Shown here: positions 1 through 6,670 of the stretch, in pieces | Numbering within the stretch: position 1 is the first letter of the stretch | Layout: each line of letters starts with the position of its first letter | Position numbers and translations under genes: made by a program | Assembly: GCA_031392805.1 (NCBI GenBank) | Contig: JANMVO010000528.1 | Span: forward strand, 1 to 37,120 | Direction of reading: 5' to 3' | Length of the DNA stretch: 37,120 nucleotides | Source: Rhodoferax sp. | Lineage (GTDB): Bacteria > Pseudomonadota > Gammaproteobacteria > Burkholderiales > Burkholderiaceae_C | The notes under the pieces: model-generated | What the model saw: the letters and a program-made list of their open reading frames with translations, nothing else | What the model was told of the DNA's origin: nothing | Databases searched by the model: none

Positions 1-151
1 TCAAGCCCCCCTGCACCAAGGCAAGGTCGGAACAGGCAAGGTGTTCAAACAGGTTGTGGACGTAGGGACGGACTTCCAGACCCTCTTGCTCGGGGAAGGC
101 TTCGGCTGCCAGCCGGGGGCCGGCCACCAGGATCATGCGCAGCTCAGGCAG
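1..151 (-). pseudogene. 3' continuation of the glycosyltransferase domain beyond an in-frame TAG (runs off the window start)
   Basis: Reading the minus strand straight through TAG (154..152) in the same frame gives LPELRMILVAGPRLAAEAFPEQEGLEVRPYVHNLFEHLACSDLALVQGGL. This is what the C-terminal Rossmann half of a GT-B (MurG/MGT-like) glycosyltransferase should look like at this point. No further stop occurs before position 1. Confidence 0.55.
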
Positions 152-1885
152 CTATTTTTTCATGCGGGGAAAGGCAGCGGCAATGCGCTCAAGCAGGGGC
201 CGACCGACGGCCGTGCCACCAATGGATGCAATCACCAGTTTTTCATCAAGGCGGTAGCCGTGCTTGGCGCGCAGGCGGTCGGTGTCCACCAGTGTTGCAG
301 GGTCGAAAGGCAAGGCATAGCCGCTGAAGCAGAAATTCTTCTGCGTCCAGTCGGCGATGTTGGGCAGGCCGGCGCCGAAGGTCTGATCGGGAAGGTCTTC
401 CGGGTTGCCGACGAAGATGGATCGGTCCCGAATCCACGGGTAGCGGGCGATGTGTTCGATGTCGTCCGCATTGCGGTCGGCGCACAGATGCTGCTCGCGT
501 TCATCGTCGCTCATCGGCAGGCAGCCCACAAAGTCGGTCAGGAACACGAAAGGCTGGCGCTTGAGCTCCGGGTTCTCATGGTAAAAATAGTCCACGTCCC
601 AGGCCTCGTCGCCCACCACGATGTCGTAGTGCTCGCTCTGGACCAGGTCGGCAAAGACCATGAAATTGCGCGCCATGATTTCATCCATGGTGCGCAGCGC
701 AAAAAAAGCATGAAGGTCGTGCTCGCCCGCGACCGATTCAAAATGCCGGCTCTCGTTGGCCAGGCGCGAGGTCATGGGGTGAAGCCTTTCACCCTCATTG
801 ACCAGGTAACGCGCGGCGGGGTCTGCGGTGAACCAGTCGATCTCAAGCTCGGGCCGCAACTTGCGCATCTCGCGGGCAATGGCGAGGTCGCGCTGCACAT
901 GGCCCAGGCCAATCGGGCTTGAAATGAACAGCGCCTTGGGCTTGCGTGCCATGCCGCGAATCCATTGGCGGTCAACCCGGGGCGGTTGTGCGAAATCGCG
1001 CACGGCGCGGTTGAAAGCCACCGGATCGCGCGCCAAGCCCAAGTGCCCGCCCCCGCCGATGGTCAGCAGGGTGGCACCAGGCACGAGGTCGGCAATCTCG
1101 CGCCCCTTCGCGTGCGGCACCCGCTGGTCAGCATCGCCGTGGATGACCAGCGTGGGGCAGCGCACGCGCGCGGCAAGTTCCCGCACGTCGTGGCCGATCC
1201 ATCCGGCGCGGGTCATCGCCACTACATCGCTCGTTGAAGCGCAACTAAAGTGCACGCCGTCTTCAAACGCCTTGGTGGAATGTGGCTCGGTGAACAGCGA
1301 CGACCAGAACCGGTCCAGATGTTTTGGCCACTCCGACCGCATCTGGTCGAGTGACTTTGCAACCGCTTCCTGGGCTGCGGCACCATTGGCGGTTGAGTCG
1401 GCAAATCCGCCGGCGATGATCAGGCGGGTGACACGCTGCGGCTGTTCTGCCGCGAAACGCAGCGCCAGCAGGGTGTTGATCGACACGGCGATGAGCATCG
1501 TCTCGTCAACACCCAGGTGGTCAAGCACCGCACAGAAGTGTGCCAGGTACTGATCCAGCCCGTAAGCTTGCGCCGACGCGGGCCGGTCTGACTTGCCCGT
1601 GCCCGGCAAGTCCATCACCAGCACGCGAAACTGCGTGGACAGGTAGGGCACGTTGGCCTTCAACGAGGTGACCGTGGCAATCTGGTTCAGGGGGGCAAAA
1701 CACAGCCAGGGGCCGCTGTCGCCAAAGACGCCGTACCAGACTTTCACGCCGCCAGTTTCAACGTATCCCTCCTGTTGCGGTGCCAAGGTCTCGAATGGGT
1801 AGGGCTCAGGCAATGTTCCGGGCGGCGGCAGCGCGCCGACCACGAGTCGGATATGTTCAGGCAAGCCAGTTGCAGCGGTGTTCAT
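152..1885 (-). CDS. alpha/beta-fold hydrolase fused to a MurG/MGT-like (GT-B) glycosyltransferase N-half; terminated by TAG at 154..152
   Basis: ORF 152..1918. AAGGAG at 1899..1894 lies 8 nt upstream of ATG 1885 (MNTAATG...); ATGs at 1891 and 1918 are alternatives. The first ~300 aa resemble an alpha/beta hydrolase (VLVMDLPGTGKSD, LIIAGGFADS, GGGGHLG). From KPKALFISSPIGLGHVQRDLAIAREM onward it resembles a glycosyltransferase N-terminal domain. No stop separates the two modules. Confidence 0.75.
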   Translation of the reverse strand: MNTAATGLPEHIRLVVGALPPPGTLPEPYPFETLAPQQEGYVETGGVKVWYGVFGDSGPWLCFAPLNQIATVTSLKANVPYLSTQFRVLVMDLPGTGKSDRPASAQAYGLDQYLAHFCAVLDHLGVDETMLIAVSINTLLALRFAAEQPQRVTRLIIAGGFADSTANGAAAQEAVAKSLDQMRSEWPKHLDRFWSSLFTEPHSTKAFEDGVHFSCASTSDVVAMTRAGWIGHDVRELAARVRCPTLVIHGDADQRVPHAKGREIADLVPGATLLTIGGGGHLGLARDPVAFNRAVRDFAQPPRVDRQWIRGMARKPKALFISSPIGLGHVQRDLAIAREMRKLRPELEIDWFTADPAARYLVNEGERLHPMTSRLANESRHFESVAGEHDLHAFFALRTMDEIMARNFMVFADLVQSEHYDIVVGDEAWDVDYFYHENPELKRQPFVFLTDFVGCLPMSDDEREQHLCADRNADDIEHIARYPWIRDRSIFVGNPEDLPDQTFGAGLPNIADWTQKNFCFSGYALPFDPATLVDTDRLRAKHGYRLDEKLVIASIGGTAVGRPLLERIAAAFPRMKK

Positions 1886-1941
1886 CGTCATGCTCCTTGT
1901 GCGATGTATGTGACTCATGCGATCTATGCGACCTATATGAC

Positions 1942-2664
1942 CTATGAGGCGGTTGGGCGTTTGCGCTTGACAGGCGCTGGCAGTTGACGTTTCTCCAGCA
2001 GCTGGAGCAACGACAGCATTGCGCCCAGCGCCTCCTGATGATGGCCATCCGCCTCAGCCACACCCAACGCCATTTCGGCTTCCATGCCAACCCAGAAGCA
2101 GCCAATCATGGTGGAAATGGCCTGCGCGGAGATCGGCAGGTCAAGTCGGTGCTGGGCAATCGCATCCTGTACCGCAGCATCAACCACCCGCCGCCAGGCG
2201 AGAAACCGGGGCAAGTAGCCAGCGCGCAGGACCGGGTCGGAGAAACTCGCGGCCATCAGTTCCATCACGAGCTTGACGAAGCCTGAGCGGATGTCCTCCT
2301 CATAGAACTCGCAGGCCTTGCGCCATTTGCCGCTGACCGTATCGGGTTGCGCGTACATGGTCTCCTGGCGCGCCAGCAGGCGGCGGTTGGCCTGGTCCAA
2401 CACCTCCAGCACAAGCTGCTGCTTGTTGCGGAAATGGTAGTTGATCAAGGCGTGGTTCACACCCGCCTCTCGGGCGATTTCCCGAATGTTCAACTGGGAA
2501 TACCCGTCGCTGGCCACGCGTCGAAACGTGGCGTCAAGGATCGCCTCACGGGTGCTCAGGCCGTCGGTACGCTTGGACCTTGAAGCGGGCTTCGCGGCCT
2601 TCGCGGCTTTTGTCGGCTCCGTTGTCGGCTCGGGCTTACTGTTTTTAACAATTGTTTTAACCAT
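1942..2664 (-). CDS. TetR/AcrR-family transcriptional regulator
   Basis: Only the C-terminal 240 codons of the 590-aa ORF 1942..3714 are used, starting at ATG 2664 (MVKTIVKN...). HTH signature LNIREIAREAGVNHALINYHFRNKQQL. Divergent from the 2833..3600 gene. Confidence 0.9.
   Translation of the reverse strand: MVKTIVKNSKPEPTTEPTKAAKAAKPASRSKRTDGLSTREAILDATFRRVASDGYSQLNIREIAREAGVNHALINYHFRNKQQLVLEVLDQANRRLLARQETMYAQPDTVSGKWRKACEFYEEDIRSGFVKLVMELMAASFSDPVLRAGYLPRFLAWRRVVDAAVQDAIAQHRLDLPISAQAISTMIGCFWVGMEAEMALGVAEADGHHQEALGAMLSLLQLLEKRQLPAPVKRKRPTAS
2645..2660. promoter_or_regulatory. candidate TetR operator 1 (TTAACAATTGTTTTAA, core AACAATTGTT perfect palindrome)
   Basis: A palindrome seen directly in the AT-rich divergent intergenic region, abutting the tetR start codon. 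It shares TTAAACA/TGTTTAA-type half-sites with the second site. Confidence 0.45.
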
Positions 2665-2705
2665 TTGGCCAAAGTATATCGAAATTTTCAATTTATCCAC
2701 TTGTT

Positions 2706-2721
2706 TTAAACAAATGTTTAA
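2706..2721. promoter_or_regulatory. candidate TetR operator 2 (TTAAACAAATGTTTAA)
   Basis: Two 7-nt half-sites, TTAAACA and TGTTTAA, are separated by 2 nt. The half-site is the same as in operator 1, and the site lies between the divergent genes. Confidence 0.45.
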
Positions 2722-2832
2722 CTTAGAATTGAGCCATGGTGGTTGGATGCTGATTTGCCCAGTCTCTGGGTAGCCGACCCTTCCATCCAAGGCGCGTCGC
2801 CTTTCGACGCAGTCCAACGCAAGGGAGTCATC

Positions 2833-3600
2833 ATGAGAGTCATTTATGCTGGGTACGCCGCTATCTCGTACCTCATTTTTCTGGGATCGTTTCTGTACGC
2901 CGTCGCATTTATCGGGAATATTCCATGGGTCCCCAAGACGATTGATTCCGGGCTGGCTGGCCCGGTGGTGCCCGCCTTGATTGCCAACATGCTGGTACTG
3001 GGTGCCTTTGCCATCCAGCACAGCGTGATGGCACGGCCCGCTTTCAAGCGCTGGTGGGGCCGGTTCGTCCCCCAGCCGATGGAGCGCAGTACCTATGTGC
3101 TGCTGTCCAGCCTGCTGCTGATCCTGCTTTTTGTGGTCTGGCAACCGTTTCCGCAAACCATCTGGGCGGTGGAGAATCCGACTGGCAAAGCGCTGCTGAC
3201 GGGCTTGTACTGGGTCGGATGGCTGACCGCTCTGTGCTCCACCTACATGATCAACCATTTCGAGCTGTTCGGGCTGAAGCAGGCCATCGCGCGGCATCTG
3301 GACGCCGCTATAACCCCGTCGCTCACCGAGCGGTACCTGTACCAGTTCGTGCGCCACCCCATCATGCTGGGCTTCATCATTGCTTTCTGGGCAACGCCCG
3401 TCATGAGCCAGGGGCATCTGCTGTTTGCGTTGATGATGACCGCCTACATTTTCATCGGCACTGCGCTTGAGGAACACGACCTGCTGGCCACCTTTGGCGG
3501 GGCTTACCGCGCCTATCAGGGTCGCGTGCCGATGATTCTTCCGTTCAAGCTGGGCAAGCGCGCAGACACCGGGTCGGCAACTGGGTACGCTGATAAGTGA
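2833..3600 (+). CDS. polytopic membrane methyltransferase of the ICMT/PEMT family (MddA-like methanethiol S-methyltransferase candidate)
   Basis: AAGGGAG lies 5 nt before ATG 2833 (MRVIYAGY...). The product has several hydrophobic helices. The C-terminal block is LYQFVRHPIMLGFIIAFWATP...ALEEHDLLATFGGAYRAYQGRVP, as in isoprenylcysteine-carboxyl/MddA-type methyltransferases. The upstream part of ORF 2743..3600 lacks an SD. Confidence 0.75.
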   Translation: MRVIYAGYAAISYLIFLGSFLYAVAFIGNIPWVPKTIDSGLAGPVVPALIANMLVLGAFAIQHSVMARPAFKRWWGRFVPQPMERSTYVLLSSLLLILLFVVWQPFPQTIWAVENPTGKALLTGLYWVGWLTALCSTYMINHFELFGLKQAIARHLDAAITPSLTERYLYQFVRHPIMLGFIIAFWATPVMSQGHLLFALMMTAYIFIGTALEEHDLLATFGGAYRAYQGRVPMILPFKLGKRADTGSATGYADK

Positions 3601-3655
3601 ACTGGCATGGATTGAGACCACGCGCATGTCGCCGCAGGCCTTTGCGGAAAACGCC

Positions 3656-4372
3656 TCAAACGACCTTCCCCGCCTCAATCGTAATTCGCCGTTCGCACCG
3701 GTCAGCAATCGCACGGTCGTGCGTCACCAGGACCAGGGTGGTGCCCAACTCCTGGTTCAGGTCGAACATCAGCTTCATGATGGTCTCGCCGGTGGCGAAG
3801 TCCAGGCTGCCGGTGGGCTCGTCGGCCAGCAGCACGGCGGGCTGCACCACAAAGGCGCGGGCCAGCGCCACGCGCTGCTGCTCGCCGCCGCTCAAGACTT
3901 TGGGGTAGTGGCCCAGGCGCTGCGACAGGCCAACGCGGGCCAGCATATCAGTGGCTGTTTTGCGGGCGTCCTTCCGGCTGGCCAATTCCAAGGGCAGCAT
4001 GACGTTTTCCAGCGCGCTAAGGTTGCCCAAAAGCTGAAAGCTCTGGAACACAAAGCCAACCTGGCGGGCGCGTAGCGCGGCGCGCTCGTCTTCGTCAATT
4101 GCGAACAGGTCCTGGCCTGCCAGCTTGACGGTGCCCCGGGTGGGTGTGTCGAGCCCGGCAATGATGGACAGCAGCGTGCTTTTGCCCGAGCCCGATGCGC
4201 CCACGATGGCCGCAGTCTCCCTGGGTGCGAGGGCAAAATCAATATCGCGCAAAATGTCGAGTGTGCCGATGGAGTCCACCACGGACTTGAAAACATGTTC
4301 TACCGACACGATTGCAGCAACCTTTGCGGTGTTCTTTGCCGTGTTCATCGCGGAAATATTTGAATCAGACAT
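3656..4372 (-). CDS. ybbA: ABC transporter ATP-binding protein, YbbA/LolD-like
   Basis: Walker A GASGSGKST, signature LSGGEQQRV, Walker B LLADEPT. It is divergent from tesA, as in E. coli. The start is taken at ATG 4372 (MSDSNIS...); ATG 4348 is an alternative. ORF track 3656..4441. Confidence 0.85.
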   Translation of the reverse strand: MSDSNISAMNTAKNTAKVAAIVSVEHVFKSVVDSIGTLDILRDIDFALAPRETAAIVGASGSGKSTLLSIIAGLDTPTRGTVKLAGQDLFAIDEDERAALRARQVGFVFQSFQLLGNLSALENVMLPLELASRKDARKTATDMLARVGLSQRLGHYPKVLSGGEQQRVALARAFVVQPAVLLADEPTGSLDFATGETIMKLMFDLNQELGTTLVLVTHDRAIADRCERRITIEAGKVV

Positions 4373-5054
4373 GAGGCCTTCTTTGTATCGACGACACTTT
4401 ATCGCAGCCGCGTTGCTGGCCGCCACGGCGGGGTTATCCATGGCTGCGGAAAATGCTGCCGGTCAGGCTGGGCCCAAATCAGCTCCTGAGAAAGCTATGA
4501 AAACTATAGTGGTGCTGGGCGACTCCTTGAGTGCTGAATACGGTTTGCAGCGTGGCAGCGGCTGGGTCGCCCTGCTGGAACAGCAGCTTAAATCAGAGAA
4601 AATTGCTGCCCGGGTAATGAACGCGAGCATTAGCGGCGACACCACAGCGGGGGGTCTGTCGCGCCTTCCCGGGTTGCTCGTTCAGCACAAGCCGACGCTC
4701 GTGATCATCGAGCTCGGCGCCAATGATGCGCTGCGCGGCCTGCCCCTGAAAATCACTGAAGAAAATTTGGGAAAAATGACCAGGGCCGCGCAGACAGCCG
4801 GTGCCAAAGTGCTGTTAGTGGGCATGCAGGTGCCGCCCAACTATGGCGCCGATTATTCGGCCCGCTTTGCCGCCACCTATGTGAGCGTGGCCCAGGCCCA
4901 CAAGGCGGGCCTGGTGCCGTTTTTTCTCACAGGCGTGGCCGACATTGCGCAGGCAGAAGAAATGTTCCAGGCCGACCGTGTTCACCCCAAAGCGCAGGCG
5001 CACCCCACCCTGCTGGCCAACGTGTGGCCTGAACTCAAAAAGCTTCTTAAATGA
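4371..5054 (+). CDS. tesA: SGNH/GDSL arylesterase / acyl-CoA thioesterase I (TesA-like), secreted
   Basis: GDSLS (block I), ELGANDAL (block III) and DRVHP (block V). N-terminal signal-like MRPSLYRRHFIAAALLAATAGLSMA. The start at ATG 4371 lies inside ORF 4125..5054. Confidence 0.85.
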   Translation: MRPSLYRRHFIAAALLAATAGLSMAAENAAGQAGPKSAPEKAMKTIVVLGDSLSAEYGLQRGSGWVALLEQQLKSEKIAARVMNASISGDTTAGGLSRLPGLLVQHKPTLVIIELGANDALRGLPLKITEENLGKMTRAAQTAGAKVLLVGMQVPPNYGADYSARFAATYVSVAQAHKAGLVPFFLTGVADIAQAEEMFQADRVHPKAQAHPTLLANVWPELKKLLK

Positions 5055-6124
5055 GCCTGACAATTCTTGCGGCCGATGACGTGATTCACCGACTGGCCGA
5101 GTTTGACACCCTAATCGATGCGCGCAGTGAAGGCGAGTACGCCGAAGACCACCTGCCCGGTGCCGTGAACTGGCCCACGCTTAATGATGGGGAGCGAATT
5201 TTTATCGGCACCACCTACCAGCAGGTCAACGCGTTTGAGGCCAAAAAACGCGGTGCGGCGATTGCGGCACGCAATATCTCTCAGCACATTGAGCGTGAGG
5301 TGATTGACAGGCCCAAAGACTGGAAGCCGCTCACCTACTGCTGGCGCGGAGGCAAGCGCAGCGGCTCGCTCGCTTTGGTGCTGGACCAGATTGGCTTTCG
5401 GGTCACGCTGGTGGAAGGCGGCTACAAGGCGTTTCGGGCGGCTGTGGTGCTGGACATTCCCAAGCGGGTGGCCGCACTTGAGTTTCGTGTGATCTGCGGC
5501 AATACCGGCTCGGGCAAAACGCGGCTGCTGACAGCGCTGGCGCAGGCCGGTGCCCAGGTGCTGGACCTGGAGGCACTGGCGCAGCACCGCAGCTCGGTGC
5601 TCGGGGGCATTCCGGGTCAGCCACAGCCCACACAAAAATGCTTTGACACGCTGGTGTGGGACGCGCTGCGCCACTTTGATCCTGCCCGGCCCGTATTTGT
5701 GGAAAGCGAGAGCAAAAAGGTTGGGAATGTAGCGGTGCCCACGTCACTGATTGACGCCATGCGCGCCAGCACCTGCCTGAACCTGGTGCTGTCCGATGAC
5801 GAGCGTGTTGCCCTGCTGATGGAAGACTATGATTTTTTTGTGCAGGATCCCGATTTTTTCTGCAAACGCCTTGATCTGCTGACTGAATTTCTTGGCCAAG
5901 CGCAGATACAAAGGTGGCAAGCGTCGGTGCGCGCCGGGCAGATTGAGCAGGTGGTGCGCGAACTGCTCAACCGGCATTACGACCCGGTCTACCGCCAATC
6001 AATCAAACGCAACTTCCAGAAGTTTGATGCTTCTGAAATAATAGTACTTAGTGACCGTTCTACGCGGGCTATGGCTGAATTGGCTGTGGAACTGGTGCGG
6101 TCGCAGGCATCACCGCAGGGGTGA
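5051..6124 (+). CDS. selU: tRNA 2-selenouridine synthase
   Basis: Rhodanese domain with CWRGGKRSGS loop, P-loop GNTGSGKT, HRSSVLGG, and C-terminal YDPVYR. The ATG overlaps the tesA stop (ATGA). Confidence 0.9.
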   Translation: MSLTILAADDVIHRLAEFDTLIDARSEGEYAEDHLPGAVNWPTLNDGERIFIGTTYQQVNAFEAKKRGAAIAARNISQHIEREVIDRPKDWKPLTYCWRGGKRSGSLALVLDQIGFRVTLVEGGYKAFRAAVVLDIPKRVAALEFRVICGNTGSGKTRLLTALAQAGAQVLDLEALAQHRSSVLGGIPGQPQPTQKCFDTLVWDALRHFDPARPVFVESESKKVGNVAVPTSLIDAMRASTCLNLVLSDDERVALLMEDYDFFVQDPDFFCKRLDLLTEFLGQAQIQRWQASVRAGQIEQVVRELLNRHYDPVYRQSIKRNFQKFDASEIIVLSDRSTRAMAELAVELVRSQASPQG

Positions 6125-6266
6125 TACTCAGCAAGGTCGCATTCGCCTTGCCGGCAGGCCAGACATGGCACTAACGGTCATGCATGCCCGCAAGGAAAGC
6201 GCCCTTCAGCATGAACGTTCTTTCACGTTAATACGGTTTCAGGCGGTTTCAAGCGGTCTGACGCAG

Positions 6267-6294
6267 CGCGTTAATCTGCCGCAAGGCAAACGCG
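6267..6294. terminator. stem-loop between convergent selU and the small protein gene (CGCGTT-AATC-TGCC-GCAA-GGCA-A-AACGCG)
   Basis: A hairpin with a GNRA-type loop is seen in the sequence. There is only a weak T-run (GTTTCA) on the plus strand and none on the minus strand. Confidence 0.25.
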
Positions 6295-6297
6295 GTT

Positions 6298-6495
6298 TCA
6301 CGACTGGGCTGGCGCGTCAGATTGCGGAATGTTTTCAGGCTGCGCAACATCCGGCTGGGCATCGTCTTCACCAGCACCATCTTCACCGGGCGAGCCGGTC
6401 TTGCGATCCGCCTTGTGCTTGAGCTTTTCCTCTTTTTTCTTCTTCTTCGCCAGCTCTTTTTGACGCTTTTCGTAGCCGTAATTGGGTGTTGCCAA
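6298..6495 (-). CDS. small (65 aa) highly charged Lys/Glu-rich protein of unknown function
   Basis: ORF 6298..6495 (M)ATPNYGYEKRQKELAKKKKKEEKLKHKADRK... followed by an acidic tail. The only possible start is TTG 6495, because an in-frame TGA lies 4 codons upstream. The SD is weak (GAAAG). From memory, similar ATPNY..EKRQ..LAKK small proteins exist in Burkholderiales. Confidence 0.5.
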   Translation of the reverse strand: MATPNYGYEKRQKELAKKKKKEEKLKHKADRKTGSPGEDGAGEDDAQPDVAQPENIPQSDAPAQS

Positions 6496-6514
6496 GGTGT
6501 ACTTTCAGGTTGTT

Positions 6515-6617
6515 ATTCCGTTTCCATTTCAATCGGAGAGTAGGCGCACCGACGAAGACAGTGCCTCAGCACGGCTAGGAGGTGCAACGACCTATCCGAT
6601 TGAAATGGAAATGGAAT
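6515..6617 (-). repeat. ~103-nt long imperfect palindrome / structured RNA candidate in the metC-small protein spacer
   Basis: Left arm ATTCCGTTTCCATTTCAATCGGAGAGTAGG versus the reverse complement of the right arm, ATTCCATTTCCATTTCAATCGGA---TAGG. That is one mismatch and one 3-nt bulge over ~30 nt. The ~45-nt interior contains further GCACC/GGTGC and GTGC-TGAG-GCAC pairings. Confidence 0.6.
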
Positions 6618-6670
6618 TAGAAGCACTTTACCAGTTCACAGGCACCCATTGCCACCGCGCAGACACTTTT

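Noticed and set aside
41-922. Long plus-strand ORF (293 aa). Similar long antisense ORFs are 828..1553, 9042..10031, 19055..20170, 25658..26488, 27341..28282, 33616..34254 and 34427..35203.
   Set aside because: All lie antisense to genes with unmistakable conserved motifs. Their translations are Ala/Arg/Gly/His-rich low complexity with no recognisable domains or SD sequences. They are the usual mirror ORFs of GC-rich DNA.
3601-3655. Hairpin CCGCA-GGCCTT-TGCGG between the convergent methyltransferase and ybbA genes, as a bidirectional terminator.
   Set aside because: The stem is only 5 bp and neither strand has a U-tract, which is too weak to call.
1942-3714. 590-aa ORF on the minus strand.
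   Set aside because: Only the last 240 codons (from ATG 2664) form a TetR regulator. The upstream 350 codons run antisense through the methyltransferase gene and across the AT-rich promoter region.
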